This document shows positions 28,376 to 38,790 of a stretch of 64,000 bases of DNA, one piece after another. Numbering within the stretch: the first letter of the stretch is position 1; every line of letters begins with the position of its first letter. A model generated the notes under the pieces. That model saw only the letters and a program-made list of their open reading frames with translations, did no database searches and had not been told where the DNA came from. Source of the DNA: an uncultured Halobellus sp. (GTDB lineage Archaea; Halobacteriota; Halobacteria; Halobacteriales; Haloferacaceae). Location: assembly GCA_964541645.1 (NCBI GenBank), contig CAZIQT010000002.1, positions 7,096 through 71,095 of the forward strand, read 5' to 3'. Both the position numbers and the translations under genes were made by a program.

Positions 28376-29065
28376 GTGGGTGAGTTGTTCGTCGACGCCC
28401 TCCGGTATCCGGTCCGCGACCGGCAGCGGCTCGACGGCACCCTGAAATGTCTCGCATCGGTCCTGTCGACCGGTGTCTTGGCCCGGGTCGCGGGGGCGCT
28501 GTGGCCCGATCTGGCGTTTCTGGTACCGGCGGCGCTCGCCGTGGTCCCCGTGGTCGGGTTCTTCGCGCTTCTCGCGGGCGTGCTCGCCGACGAAGGGTTC
28601 CCGAGGCTGCTCGCGCGGTCGTCGGCGCGGCTGGCCGGGCGACTGCTCGGCGTCACCGTGGCGTATCTCCTCCCGCCGGCGGTCGCGGTCGTCGTGGTCG
28701 GCTTCCTCACCGGGACCGGGGCTGTGCCGGCCGTGGTCGAGGGGCCGGTGACGGCGACGCTCGCGACCGTGGCGCTTCTAGTCACCGTCGTGTGTGCGTA
28801 CCTCCTGCCCGCGGCCGCCGTGGCTGCCGTCGAGGAGGGGCTCCGGGCCGGACTCGGCCGGGCGGCGCTCCGCGGGACGGCCCGCGGCGCGTACTTCCTG
28901 TCGTGGGTCGGTGCGGCGGTGCTCGTCGTCCTCGCGTGGAGCGTCCTCGCAACGACGGCCGCGCGGAGCGCGGCGGCGCTCGTCGGGCTCTGTTGGTTCG
29001 CGTACGCCCACGTCGCCGCCGCCGCGCTCGTCGCCACCGGGGTCGGACGAACCCGCGTGTGGTGA
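28376..29065 (+). CDS. Hypothetical membrane protein (DUF4013-like); start uncertain
   Basis: DALRYP N-terminus and YLLPAA motifs; several TM segments; GTG start assumed. Confidence 0.5.
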   Translation: MGELFVDALRYPVRDRQRLDGTLKCLASVLSTGVLARVAGALWPDLAFLVPAALAVVPVVGFFALLAGVLADEGFPRLLARSSARLAGRLLGVTVAYLLPPAVAVVVVGFLTGTGAVPAVVEGPVTATLATVALLVTVVCAYLLPAAAVAAVEEGLRAGLGRAALRGTARGAYFLSWVGAAVLVVLAWSVLATTAARSAAALVGLCWFAYAHVAAAALVATGVGRTRVW

Positions 29066-29093
29066 CAGGACGGACGGAGGAGCGCCGGTGCGG

Positions 29094-30230
29094 TCAGTCC
29101 AGTTCGACCGACAGCGTGTCCGACTCCAGCGACCGGTTGTGGAGCGCCGCGCCCGACTCCCGGTCGAAGAGGTGGATCGCGTCCTCCGGGATCCGGGCGA
29201 TCACGGCGTCGCCGCCGGAGATACGGGTGAACCCGTCGGCCGTCGCGATCAGCGTCTCCGACCCCGCCTCGAACCGGAGGTGGACGGTGTTCTCGTCGCC
29301 CATCGGTTCCACGACGTCGACGACCGCCTCGAAGTCGTGGTCGCCGCTGGAGCGCTCGGCGAGTTCGACGTCCTCCGGGCGGATCCCGAGGACGATGTCG
29401 GTCGTGCCGCCGATGGAGTCGCGCACCGCCGGGCCGACGGGGTACTCGAAGCCGTCGCCGACCAGCCGCCCGTTCTCGAACCGCACGTCGAAGAAGTTCA
29501 TCGACGGCTCCCCCAGGAAGCCCGCGACGAACTGGTTCGCGGGCTCGTGGTAACACTCCAGCGGGGTCGCGACCTGCTGGAGCCGGCCGTCGTTGAGGAT
29601 GGCGATCCGGTCGCCCATCGTCATCGCCTCGGTCTGGTCGTGGGTGACGTAGACCGTCGTGACGTCCAGATCCTCCTGGAGCCGCTGGAGTTCGGTCCGC
29701 ATCTGCGCCCGGAGCTTCGCGTCAAGATTTGAGAGCGGCTCGTCCATGAGGAACACCTCCGGGTCGCGGACGATGGCGCGCCCCAGGGCGACCCGCTGCT
29801 GTTGCCCGCCGGAGAGCTCGGTGGGTTTGCGGTCGAGGAGGTTCGAGATCCCGAGCAGCTCGCCGGTCTCCGAGACCATCTCCGCGATCTCCTCGTCCGG
29901 GAGGTCCGTCGACTCCTCCAGCCCGAACGACATGTTCTCCCGAACGGACATGTGCGGGTAGAGCGCGTACGACTGGAACACCATCGCGATGTCCCGGTCC
30001 TGGGATTTCACGTCGTTGATCACCCGGTTGTCGAGCGAGACGGTTCCCGAGGTGATCGACTCCAGCCCCGCGATCATCCGGAGCATCGTCGACTTCCCGC
30101 ATCCGGAGGGGCCGACGACCACGAGGAACTCGCCGTCCTCGATCGCCATCGAGATGTCGTCGACGGCGACGATCTCGCCGCTGTCGTCCTGAAACGTCTT
30201 CGTTACCGAATCGAGTTCAAGCGTTGCCAT
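29094..30230 (-). CDS. Sugar ABC transporter ATP-binding subunit
   Basis: GPSGCGKST, LSGGQQQR, DEPLSNLDAKLR, TOBE-like C-terminus. Confidence 0.94.
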   Translation of the reverse strand: MATLELDSVTKTFQDDSGEIVAVDDISMAIEDGEFLVVVGPSGCGKSTMLRMIAGLESITSGTVSLDNRVINDVKSQDRDIAMVFQSYALYPHMSVRENMSFGLEESTDLPDEEIAEMVSETGELLGISNLLDRKPTELSGGQQQRVALGRAIVRDPEVFLMDEPLSNLDAKLRAQMRTELQRLQEDLDVTTVYVTHDQTEAMTMGDRIAILNDGRLQQVATPLECYHEPANQFVAGFLGEPSMNFFDVRFENGRLVGDGFEYPVGPAVRDSIGGTTDIVLGIRPEDVELAERSSGDHDFEAVVDVVEPMGDENTVHLRFEAGSETLIATADGFTRISGGDAVIARIPEDAIHLFDRESGAALHNRSLESDTLSVELD

Positions 30231-30314
30231 GTCTGTGTTTGGATCCGCGTGGGTGGGCCGTGCTCGCGATGCGCCTCCGGGCCGGGGCCGGCGCCGTCCG
30301 TCCGCGCGGGGGCG

Positions 30315-31256
30315 TCACGCCGTCACCCCCTCGGCGAACTCCTCGCCGAAGAAGATGTAGACCGCGAGCGTCGGCAACGCCGCGAAGAACGCCCCCGCCA
30401 TGCGGAGCGCGAAGTCCTGGCCCTCCAGCGAGGAGCCCAGCCCCGCGAGTATCAACACCACCGGCGCCGCCGGGCTCGACTCCGTCGAGACCAACACCAG
30501 CGTGAACAGCAGGTCGTTCCAGATCTGGGTGAACTGGTAGATCAACACGACCGCGAACATCGGCCCCGAGAGCGGGAGCACGATCCGGCGGTAGACCCGG
30601 CGGAGCGACGCCCCGTCGAGCCGGGCGGACTCGATCATCTCCGTGCTCATGGTCTTGTAGTACGTCCGGAACAGGAGCGTACAGATGGGCAGCCCGTAGG
30701 CGACGTGGGTGATCACCAACTCGACGATGCCGGCGTAGTCGTCCGGGACCCCGAAGCCCCAGAGGAACGACAACAGCTGCGTGAGCTGGACCCACTGGGA
30801 CCAGAACTGCGTCAGCGGAACCAACACCGCCTGGTAGGGGATGAAGATCCCCGCGACGATCAGCGCGAGCAGCGGCGCCTTGTACGCCCGCTTCCAGTTC
30901 GGGATCGTCAGCCCGTAGGCCGTGACGCTGCCGACCACCGCGGAGATGACGGTTGCGGGCACGGCGTACAGCAGGCTGTTGCCCATCCCGCGCAACAGCG
31001 CGTCGATCGCGGTCCCCCACTTCTCGAAGGTGACCCCCTGTCCACCCGGCGGGGCGAAGGGCGCGGTCTCGATGATCGCGGTGTCGGTCTTGATCGAGGT
31101 GACGAGCCCCGACTCGATCGGGACGAGGTAGAAGCTGGCCATCACCAGCAACACCGCGTACAGGACGGCTTCCGTGGGGGTGGTCTCCCCGATGGCCCGG
31201 CGGAGTCGCGCCGCGCGGGCCGTTCGGTTCGTGCCTCGGAGTTCGGCGTCGCTCAT
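30315..31256 (-). CDS. Carbohydrate ABC transporter permease
   Basis: FIPYQAVLVP, ESARLDGAS EAA loop, QFTQIWND (glucose-type ABC). Confidence 0.92.
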   Translation of the reverse strand: MSDAELRGTNRTARAARLRRAIGETTPTEAVLYAVLLVMASFYLVPIESGLVTSIKTDTAIIETAPFAPPGGQGVTFEKWGTAIDALLRGMGNSLLYAVPATVISAVVGSVTAYGLTIPNWKRAYKAPLLALIVAGIFIPYQAVLVPLTQFWSQWVQLTQLLSFLWGFGVPDDYAGIVELVITHVAYGLPICTLLFRTYYKTMSTEMIESARLDGASLRRVYRRIVLPLSGPMFAVVLIYQFTQIWNDLLFTLVLVSTESSPAAPVVLILAGLGSSLEGQDFALRMAGAFFAALPTLAVYIFFGEEFAEGVTA

Positions 31257-32287
31257 AGGTTGTTCCTCCGGTACTCGTAGAACAGGTACGGCCCGATCAC
31301 CGACAGCGCCATGGCGAACAGCACGATCGCGATCGCCGCGCCGTACGCCCAGTTGAGGTTGGCGTACGCCTCACGCACCATCTTCGTCGCCAGGATGTCC
31401 GCGCCGTTCGGCGGCCGGTACCCCCCGACCAGCGAGTAGAGGAAGTCGAACGCTTTCATCCCGAACACCATCAGCACGACCGCGGCGCTGATGGTGGCGC
31501 CCTTCAGCTGCGGGATGATCACCCGCCAGTACATCTTCAGCGTGGAGGCGCCGTCGACCTGGGCCGCTTCGTAGTGTTCCGTCGGAATCGCGCGGAGTCC
31601 CGCGAGGTAGACCACCATGGCGTACCCCGAGAACTGCCACATCAGCGCGAAGATGACCGCCCAGAGCACGATCGTCTGGTTCCCCAGGAAGCTGATCGGG
31701 CCGATCCCGACCACGCCGAGGAGCAGGTTCACGATCCCGTTGTTGAAGTTGTACATCCACAGCCAGAACTGGGCGGTCACGACGAACGAGAGGCTCATCG
31801 GCAGGAGGTAGATCGTCCGGAACGCGTTCTCGAACCGGATCCCGCGGTCGATCAGGATCGCCAGCACGAGCCCCACGGCCAGCGTCAGGCCGGTGAACGC
31901 CACCAGCAGGATCAGGGTGTTGACCGCGGCGTCGACGAACCCCGCGTCCCCGAGCGCCCGGGCGTACATCCCGAGATCGAGGTTGCCGTAGTCGGGCGCG
32001 TTCGCGAACCCTTGGTAGTCGGTCAGCGAGATGAGGAGGTTCCAGACGATGGCCCCGTAGACGAACAGCGCGATGAGCAGGAACGGCGGCAGCCAGAACA
32101 GCGACGACTCGAGGAAGTCGCTCCCGAGACGCCGGTCTACCGCCGCGCCGACGCGGGCGAGCGGTCCCGGCTCGGACTTCGAGCCCGGATCGGGAGCCCG
32201 TTCGTTCACGACGCCGCCGTCGGTGCGGGCCTCGTCGTCCCGCGAGCGGCCGAGGGCGTCGGACAGGCGGCGGTAGAGGTCGAACAT
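31253..32287 (-). CDS. Carbohydrate ABC transporter permease
   Basis: FRTIYLLPMSLSFVVT, YEAAQVDGAS, K.FD. Confidence 0.92.
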   Translation of the reverse strand: MFDLYRRLSDALGRSRDDEARTDGGVVNERAPDPGSKSEPGPLARVGAAVDRRLGSDFLESSLFWLPPFLLIALFVYGAIVWNLLISLTDYQGFANAPDYGNLDLGMYARALGDAGFVDAAVNTLILLVAFTGLTLAVGLVLAILIDRGIRFENAFRTIYLLPMSLSFVVTAQFWLWMYNFNNGIVNLLLGVVGIGPISFLGNQTIVLWAVIFALMWQFSGYAMVVYLAGLRAIPTEHYEAAQVDGASTLKMYWRVIIPQLKGATISAAVVLMVFGMKAFDFLYSLVGGYRPPNGADILATKMVREAYANLNWAYGAAIAIVLFAMALSVIGPYLFYEYRRNNL

Positions 32288-32297
32288 GCGGCTGCGA

Positions 32298-33668
32298 TCA
32301 GTTCGAGACGGCGTCCAGGAAGCCCTGCGTGGCCGCGTCGACGTTGTACGGCCCGGTGAACTCCGAGGAGATGACCTCGTTGAGTTGGGTCCGGACCTCC
32401 GAGGTGACGCCGAGCCCGTGCTGGATGTTCGGCGGCCGGTTCTCCGCCTCCGCGAAGTCCTCGGCGGTCTCCTGGAGGTACGGCCCGAACTCGTCCAAGC
32501 TTACGTCGGTTCGGGTGGGGATCGATCCCTTGAACTGGTTGAACGCGATCTGTGCCTCCTGGGACCCCACGAACGCCTCCCACGCCTTCGACGCCTCGGG
32601 CGTCGGGTTGTTCGCGGGGTAGAGGAACGAGTCAAAGTGGAGCGTGTACATCCCCTCCGTGCCGGGGAACGTCTTGAAGCCCCAGTCCTCCTCGTAGTTG
32701 AAGTCCTCTGCGTTCCGGAACGCCCCCGCCGCCCAGTTACCCTGGTGGATGAACGCGGCGTTGCCGTTGATGATGTTCTGGTTGGACTGCGTCAGCCCGA
32801 TCGAGGAGGCGTCCTCGCTGATGTAGTTCTCCAGCATCTCCGCGGTGTTCGCGAACGCCGCGCGGACGTCTTCCTCGGAGCCCTCGCCCGCGAGGAAGTC
32901 CATGTACGATTCGAAGCCGTTGGTACCGAGCATGACCGCGCCCCACAGTTGGGTGGTCGTCCACGTCCCCGACATCGCGTGGGTCATCGGGATCGCGTCG
33001 GTCTCGCTTTGGACCGTCCCGAGCGCGTCGATCAGCGCCGAGGGGCTGTTCAGCGAGTCCACGTCGATCCCGGCCTCTTCGACGACCGAGACGTTGTAGA
33101 ACAGGCAGTTCAGCCGGTGGGAGCCGAGCGGGACCGCGCGGTAGCTCCCGCCCTGTTGGTGGAGGTCGATGGCCTCGTCGATCATCGCGTCCTCGAAGCC
33201 GTTCTCCTCCCAGACGTCGTCGACGCTGCCGAGGACGCCCTCGTACCGCTGGAGGTTCGGGCCGGGCCAGTTCGCGAACGACCCGGGCGGGTCGTTGCTC
33301 TGGAGCCGGTTGGCGACGACCGCGTCGAGGTTCTGGTTGCCGCCGCCCCCGATGGGGTTCATATCGAGTTCGAAGCCGTCGACGTTCTCGTTGAACGCCT
33401 CCGTCAGCGCCTCGGCCGCCGCGGCGCCGTCGCCGCCGGTCCATCCGTGCAGGACCTCGACGGCGGCGCCGGAGCCGCTCCCGCCGTCGCCCTCGGTCGT
33501 CGTGTCGCCGCCGTCGCCGCCGTCACCGTCGCCGCTCCCGCCGTCACCGTCGCCGCCACCGCCGCCACTACACCCGGCGATTCCTGCAAGCGCCGCGACG
33601 CCGGAGGCGCGAATGAACGTTCGTCGGGACGGCAGGGTGCCGTCATCGTCTTTGAGGGACATAACCAT
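32298..33668 (-). CDS. Sugar (glucose/mannose-type) ABC solute-binding lipoprotein
   Basis: SRRTF Tat motif plus IAGC lipobox; HGWTGG, HRLN, QGNWAAG, FN..KGSIP.RTD. The start is either 33668 or 33662. Confidence 0.88.
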   Translation of the reverse strand: MVMSLKDDDGTLPSRRTFIRASGVAALAGIAGCSGGGGGDGDGGSGDGDGGDGGDTTTEGDGGSGSGAAVEVLHGWTGGDGAAAAEALTEAFNENVDGFELDMNPIGGGGNQNLDAVVANRLQSNDPPGSFANWPGPNLQRYEGVLGSVDDVWEENGFEDAMIDEAIDLHQQGGSYRAVPLGSHRLNCLFYNVSVVEEAGIDVDSLNSPSALIDALGTVQSETDAIPMTHAMSGTWTTTQLWGAVMLGTNGFESYMDFLAGEGSEEDVRAAFANTAEMLENYISEDASSIGLTQSNQNIINGNAAFIHQGNWAAGAFRNAEDFNYEEDWGFKTFPGTEGMYTLHFDSFLYPANNPTPEASKAWEAFVGSQEAQIAFNQFKGSIPTRTDVSLDEFGPYLQETAEDFAEAENRPPNIQHGLGVTSEVRTQLNEVISSEFTGPYNVDAATQGFLDAVSN

Positions 33669-33862
33669 CCTGATTGTTACTACACATCGTAATAAATTTT
33701 TACTTCGGCTTCCCCGGCGCGGGTGTCGGTAACGAACCCGGTCGACCGTCTGTGTAATGAACGTACGTGATCTATTCACTTCCGTGTTTCGGGTCGCCGC
33801 GTCCGGGGCGCCGGGTGGTCAGTCGACAGGTTTGATTGCGGCGCGACGTAACCGGACCGTAG

Positions 33863-35152
33863 ATGCGTGACTTTCTGACGCTGGACGCCCGCATCCTGTC
33901 GCTCGCGCTCGCGCGGATGGTCTCCGCGCTCGCAAACTCGTTTCTGGTGGTGGTGCTTCCGCTCTACATCGGGAGTCAGGCGGTGCGACTCCCGGCGATC
34001 ACCGGGTCGACGGTGACGGCGTTCGGCATCGGGATCGGCGTCAGCGTGGAACTGCTGATCGCGATCGTGCTGTCGTTGTTCGGGTTTCTCAACAGCCTGA
34101 GCCAGCCGCTCACCGGCTCCGTCTCCGACCGGACCGGCCGCCGGAAGCCGTTCCTGCTCTTCGGGTTGGGGCTCGTCGCGACTGGGAGCGCGGGATACCT
34201 GGTCTTCACCGACTACGTGCTGGTGCTCGCGATGCGCGGGCTCCAAGGCGTCGGCGCCGCGTTCTCGATCCCGATCGCGGTCGCCTTGGTCAACGAACTC
34301 TCGGACCCCTCGGAGCGCGGGAACAACTTCGGGCTGTTCAACACGTTCCGGCTGCTGGGGTTCGGGACCGGCCCGCTCGTGGCCGGCGTGGTCGTCGCCG
34401 GCGGCCCCTACGCCCTCGCCGGCCGGCCGGTCTCGGGGTTCGACGCCGCGTTCCTGATCGCGGTGGTCGGCGCCGCGGCGAGTTTCGCGCTCGTGTCGGT
34501 ATTGATCTCCGACCCCGAGCCCACCGAAGCCGCGAGCGAGGACGTCTCGATCCGGATCCGCGGCGAGGACGGGGGGCTGGATCCGGTGTTCGCGCTCGCG
34601 CTCGCGACGGTGGTGATGGCGCTGTCGATTGCGATCTACGCCCCGCTCGCGAACGTGATCAACGACCGGCTCGGTCAGGGGAGCTTCCTCTACTCGATCC
34701 AGTTCGGCGCGACGGTGTTCGCCAACGTGCTGTTTCAGCTCCCGATCGGCCGGCTCAGCGACCGGTACGGCCGCCGCCCGTTCCTGGTCGGCGGGTTCGT
34801 GCTGTTGCTGCCGACGACCTTGGCGCAGGGGTTCGTCACCGGGTCGGGCACGATGATCGCCGCCCGGTTCCTCCAGGGCCTCGCGGTCGCCGCGGTGTTC
34901 GCCCCGTCGTTGGCGCTCGCGGGCGACCTCGCCAGCGAGGGCGCGTCGGGGTCGACGCTGTCGCTTCTCACGATGGGGTTCGGGCTGGGGATCGCGTTCG
35001 GCACGCTGCTGTCGGGGATCCTGGTCGGGTTCGGGTTCGTGGTCCCCTTCGCGGTGGCGACCGGCGCCGGCGCCGTCGGGCTGGCGTTGATCGTCACGCA
35101 GGTGGCCGAACCGCGCCCCGACGGGGCCGCCGCCGCGCCCGCGGCCGACTGA
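33863..35152 (+). CDS. MFS transporter
   Basis: Motif A in both halves (G.VSDRTGRRK; GRLSDRYGRRP); about 12 TM segments. Confidence 0.9.
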   Translation: MRDFLTLDARILSLALARMVSALANSFLVVVLPLYIGSQAVRLPAITGSTVTAFGIGIGVSVELLIAIVLSLFGFLNSLSQPLTGSVSDRTGRRKPFLLFGLGLVATGSAGYLVFTDYVLVLAMRGLQGVGAAFSIPIAVALVNELSDPSERGNNFGLFNTFRLLGFGTGPLVAGVVVAGGPYALAGRPVSGFDAAFLIAVVGAAASFALVSVLISDPEPTEAASEDVSIRIRGEDGGLDPVFALALATVVMALSIAIYAPLANVINDRLGQGSFLYSIQFGATVFANVLFQLPIGRLSDRYGRRPFLVGGFVLLLPTTLAQGFVTGSGTMIAARFLQGLAVAAVFAPSLALAGDLASEGASGSTLSLLTMGFGLGIAFGTLLSGILVGFGFVVPFAVATGAGAVGLALIVTQVAEPRPDGAAAAPAAD

Positions 35153-35212
35153 CGCGACGCGACGGGCGGGAGGCGGAGGCGTCCGAGGGGTGCGCCGGGC
35201 GCGTCGACCGGG

Positions 35213-36811
35213 TCAGCCCCCGCCGAGGTCGCCGACGACCGTCCGGGTCTGCTCGCGGAGGAACTGCGGGAGATACCAGTAGCCGCCGGCGAACGTCCCG
35301 GTGGTCCCCGACGCCTTCCACCCGCCGAACGGCTGCGCCTGCACGAGCGCGCCCGTGGTCGCGCTCCGCGCGCGGTTCACGTAACACATCCCCGACTCGA
35401 TCCGGTCCAGCCACGTGTCGACCTCCGCCCGGTCCTCGGAGAACAGCCCGGCACAGAGGCCGTAGGAGCTGTCGTTGGCCTTCGCGATCGCCTCGTCGAG
35501 GTCGGCCACGGGGTGGATCGTCACGAACGGGAGGAACTGCTCCTCGCGTGCGAGGTCGTGGTCGTGGGAGAGCCCCCGGACGACCGTGGGCTCGACGAAC
35601 CGCCCGTCGGCGAGTTCCGGCGTCGACGCCACCGACCCGCCGGTGAGGATTCGGCCGTCCCGCCGCGCCGCCTCGCAGGCCGTCTCGTACCGGTCGAGGG
35701 CGTCGTCGTCGATCAACGGCGACACGAACGCGCCGCGCTCCCGGGGCGGGCGGACGGAGAGCGCCTCGGTCGCCGCCACCAACTCGCTCGTGAACGGCTC
35801 GATCACGTCCTCGAAGACGTAGACCCGGGACGTGGCGGAGCACTTCTGTCCGGCGTACCCGAACGCGCCGTTTGCGACCCCCGAGACCGCCGTTTCGAGG
35901 TCCGCCGTGTCGGTCACGATCACCGGGTTCTTGCCGCCGAGTTCGGCGATCACCGGGCCGCGCTTGTCGCGTTCGAGGAACGTCCGCCGGATCCGGTCGC
36001 CGACGGCCCGGGAGCCGGTGAACGCGACCCCGTCGACGTCGTCGTGTTCGACCAGCGGCGTCCCGACCGCGCGCCCGTCGCCGGTGACGAGGTTCACGAC
36101 GCCGTCGGGCACCCCCGCGGCCGAGAGGGCGTCGAGGACCGCGTGGGCGATCAGCGGGGTCGCGCTCGCGGGCTTCGCCACGACCGCGTTGCCGGTGACC
36201 GCCGCGGCGGTCACCATCCCGGTGAAGATGGCACACGGGAAATTGAACGGGCCGATCACGCCGAACACCCCGAACGGTTCGAGCCGGTTCCGGCAGTGTT
36301 GGCCCGGCGTCGGCTCGCCGGTGTCGTACCGGTAGCCGTCGGTGCGCTCGAACTCCCGGGCGTAGAACCGGAGGAAGTCGATCGCCTCGTCGACGTCGGC
36401 CATGGCTTCGGGCCGAGTCTTGCCGTTCTCGACCGTGAGGATCGCCGCGAGTTCGAACTTCCGGTCGGCGAGGCGGTCGGCGGCGCGGCGGACGATCCCG
36501 GCGCGCTCGGCGGGCTCCGTGGCCCGCCAGTCGCCGGACGCCGCGACGGCTGCGGCGACCGCGTCGTCGACGTCGGCGGCGGTCCCCGCGGCGAACCGCC
36601 CGACTTCGAGGTCGGAATCGGCGGGGCTCGTCACGGTGAACGTCTCGTCGGTCCGTACCCGCCGGCCGTCGATCCGGAGCGGGTGTGACGCCCCCAGGTC
36701 GGACTCGACGGCCGCGAGCGCGTCGTCGTACGCGGCGTGGAACTCCGCGACGGCCCCGCGGTCCCGGTGGCTCGGCAGCGTCAGTTCGTTTTCGAACGGT
36801 TGGGGCTCCAT
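35213..36811 (-). CDS. Aldehyde dehydrogenase, P5C/glutamate-semialdehyde DH (RocA-like) subgroup
   Basis: PFENE N-terminus, EAIDFLRFYA, PFNFP, FTGS, ELGGKN, FGYAGQKCSATSR, TTGALV..QPFGGWKASG. Confidence 0.85.
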   Translation of the reverse strand: MEPQPFENELTLPSHRDRGAVAEFHAAYDDALAAVESDLGASHPLRIDGRRVRTDETFTVTSPADSDLEVGRFAAGTAADVDDAVAAAVAASGDWRATEPAERAGIVRRAADRLADRKFELAAILTVENGKTRPEAMADVDEAIDFLRFYAREFERTDGYRYDTGEPTPGQHCRNRLEPFGVFGVIGPFNFPCAIFTGMVTAAAVTGNAVVAKPASATPLIAHAVLDALSAAGVPDGVVNLVTGDGRAVGTPLVEHDDVDGVAFTGSRAVGDRIRRTFLERDKRGPVIAELGGKNPVIVTDTADLETAVSGVANGAFGYAGQKCSATSRVYVFEDVIEPFTSELVAATEALSVRPPRERGAFVSPLIDDDALDRYETACEAARRDGRILTGGSVASTPELADGRFVEPTVVRGLSHDHDLAREEQFLPFVTIHPVADLDEAIAKANDSSYGLCAGLFSEDRAEVDTWLDRIESGMCYVNRARSATTGALVQAQPFGGWKASGTTGTFAGGYWYLPQFLREQTRTVVGDLGGG

Positions 36812-36887
36812 ACCCGACGTAGCGCACCCACCGGTATGACGGTGTGTATCCGTCGGATGCCCGAAACGCCCGGTCGGGAGGCGCCGG

Positions 36888-37106
36888 CTACGGCGCGTCG
36901 TCGGTGGTGTCGACGCCGAGCGCCTCGTTCACGCCACAGAAGCAGGTGACGGCGTTGAACCCGAGCCCGACGGCACCTAGGGCGGCGACCAGCCCGACCG
37001 CCCGCCGGCCCGACCCCAGGAGCCCGATCGCGAGTCCCGTCAGGACGACGGCGGACAGCGCGCGCACGAGGCGGTCGCGACCGCCGACGTTGCGAGGGAG
37101 ATCCAT
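36888..37106 (-). CDS. DUF2892 (YgaP-like) small membrane protein
   Basis: NVGGRDRLVR, two TM segments, FCG.N..LGVDT. Confidence 0.8.
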   Translation of the reverse strand: MDLPRNVGGRDRLVRALSAVVLTGLAIGLLGSGRRAVGLVAALGAVGLGFNAVTCFCGVNEALGVDTTDDAP

Positions 37107-37157
37107 ACCCGACGGTGGGCGCCGCGGGACTTACGTCTTTACCCGGGTCGCCGGGTA

Positions 37158-37275
37158 GTGTTTAGCTAAGCGACGACCGGCCGGAAACCCGCTCTCGGGT
37201 GGGACTGAAAGCGCGGGGGCTTCCGAAGTCTTCACCACACCGTTCACAGCGAAGTCACTCCTAACTACACAGTAC
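37158..37275 (-). repeat. Dispersed structured intergenic repeat, copy A
   Basis: Its reverse complement aligns with 45511-45613 (GTACTGT...TGAACGG..GGTGAAGAC.TCGGA.GCCCC...GGGTTTCC.GCCGGTCG.CGCTT...TAAACAC). Confidence 0.75.
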
Positions 37276-37374
37276 CGGTCGCCGTCGGCCCGCCCGAGCG
37301 GCGTCGGCGGGGCGTCGACGCAGCCCGCGGTCGGTAGGGACACGCCTTTCACCCCGTTCCGCGAGAGTACATGC

Positions 37375-38382
37375 GTGCTCGAAGTAGCCGGACCGGTGGC
37401 CCTCTCGGTCGTCGCGACGCTCGTGATCTGGAAGGCGAGCGAGTACTTCGAGTTGGCCGCCGGGCGCCTCAGCAGACATTACGGCCTGCCGGTCGCCGCC
37501 CACGGCGCGGTCGTGGTCGCCGTCGGCTCCAGCTTCCCGGAGTTCAGTTCGGTCGTGATCAGCACGGTCGTTCACGACGAGTTCTCCTTGGGCGTCGGCG
37601 CGATCGTCGGGAGCGCGATCTTCAACCTCCTCGTGATCCCGGGGGTGTCCGCGATCTTCAGCGAGAACCTGGATTCGAGCCGCAGCCTCGTCCACCGGGA
37701 CGCCCAATTCTACATCATCAGCGTCCTGCTGCTGTTCGTCGTGTTCGCGCTCGGGGCGACGTACGTCCCGGGCGGGACCAACCGGGCGGCGATCCTGACC
37801 CCGGGGTTCGCGGTCCTGCTGCTGGTGACGTACGCGGTCTACCTCTTCCTCCACCAGCAGGACGCGAGCGGGTACGTCGGCACCGGCGCGTCGTCGGTCA
37901 GCCCAGCCCGCGAGTGGGCCGTGTTGGCCGTGGCGCTCGTCGTGATCGCGGTCGGCGTCGAGGGGCTGGTGCGCGCCGCGCTCTCGTTGGGCGAGACGTT
38001 CGATACCCCCAGCTTCCTGTGGGGGCTCACCGTCATCGCGGCCGCGACGAGCCTCCCGGACGCCTTCGTCAGCATCAACGCCGCGAAGAGCGGCGACAGC
38101 GTCACCAGCCTGGCGAACGTCCTGGGGAGCAACACGTTCAACATCCTGGTCGCGATCCCGGTCGGAATCCTGCTCGGGGGGTCGGCGACGATCGACTTCC
38201 TCGCGGCGGTCCCCACGATGGGGTTCCTAGGGCTCGCCACGCTGGTGTTCGTCGTCTTCACCCGGACGGACCTGGAGCTGAGCGACCCGGAAGCCTACGG
38301 GTTCCTCGGGCTCTACGTCCTGTTTCTGGTGTGGATGACCTTGGAATCCGTCGGCGTGATCGAGACCGTCCGCGGGATCTGA
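37375..38382 (+). CDS. CaCA-family Na+/Ca2+ antiporter (YrbG-like)
   Basis: Alpha-1 repeat GSSFPE...GSAIFN and alpha-2 repeat ATSLPD...GSNTFN; GTG start. Confidence 0.88.
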   Translation: MLEVAGPVALSVVATLVIWKASEYFELAAGRLSRHYGLPVAAHGAVVVAVGSSFPEFSSVVISTVVHDEFSLGVGAIVGSAIFNLLVIPGVSAIFSENLDSSRSLVHRDAQFYIISVLLLFVVFALGATYVPGGTNRAAILTPGFAVLLLVTYAVYLFLHQQDASGYVGTGASSVSPAREWAVLAVALVVIAVGVEGLVRAALSLGETFDTPSFLWGLTVIAAATSLPDAFVSINAAKSGDSVTSLANVLGSNTFNILVAIPVGILLGGSATIDFLAAVPTMGFLGLATLVFVVFTRTDLELSDPEAYGFLGLYVLFLVWMTLESVGVIETVRGI

Positions 38383-38486
38383 CGCCCCCCGACCTCCGGC
38401 CCGGGAGGAGCACCGCCGGTACGGTCTCCCGACCGGCCGGTAGGCAGGTCGTAACTATGTGGAATCCGGTTCTCGATAGGGGTGTG

Positions 38487-38663
38487 ATGCGCGCTGACGA
38501 CGGCGACGACCAGGGGAGGTTGCTGACGGCCGAGGTGGTGAGTTACGACGACGCACCGAGCGAGTGTACGATCTATCCCGAGGGCGTGAGCAAGGCCGAG
38601 CGAACGACCACGTGGATCACCGCGCGCGGCGACGCGTTCTGCTCGCTCCAGTCCCGGGAGTAG
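38487..38663 (+). CDS. Small conserved haloarchaeal protein
   Basis: ECTIYP...R.T.WITA...AF..L pattern that I recognise from haloarchaeal small proteins. Confidence 0.65.
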   Translation: MRADDGDDQGRLLTAEVVSYDDAPSECTIYPEGVSKAERTTTWITARGDAFCSLQSRE

Positions 38664-38790
38664 CCGACTGCGGGATCGCAAACGGCCCCGTGCCGACGGC
38701 GGGTCGGAACCGCAGCCCGCGGCTACCGCCCGGTATGCAGCGTGTAACTACGTGCCCGGTCGGCGTACTCCGAACGGGGATCCACAGCCT

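Noticed and set aside
37131..37352. Similar peptides VKTSEAP...GFPAGRRL (37131-37352) and VKTSDAP...GFPAGRRL (in 45356-46336)
   Set aside because: The similarity comes from the DNA repeat; there is no evidence of coding, so it is reported as a repeat.
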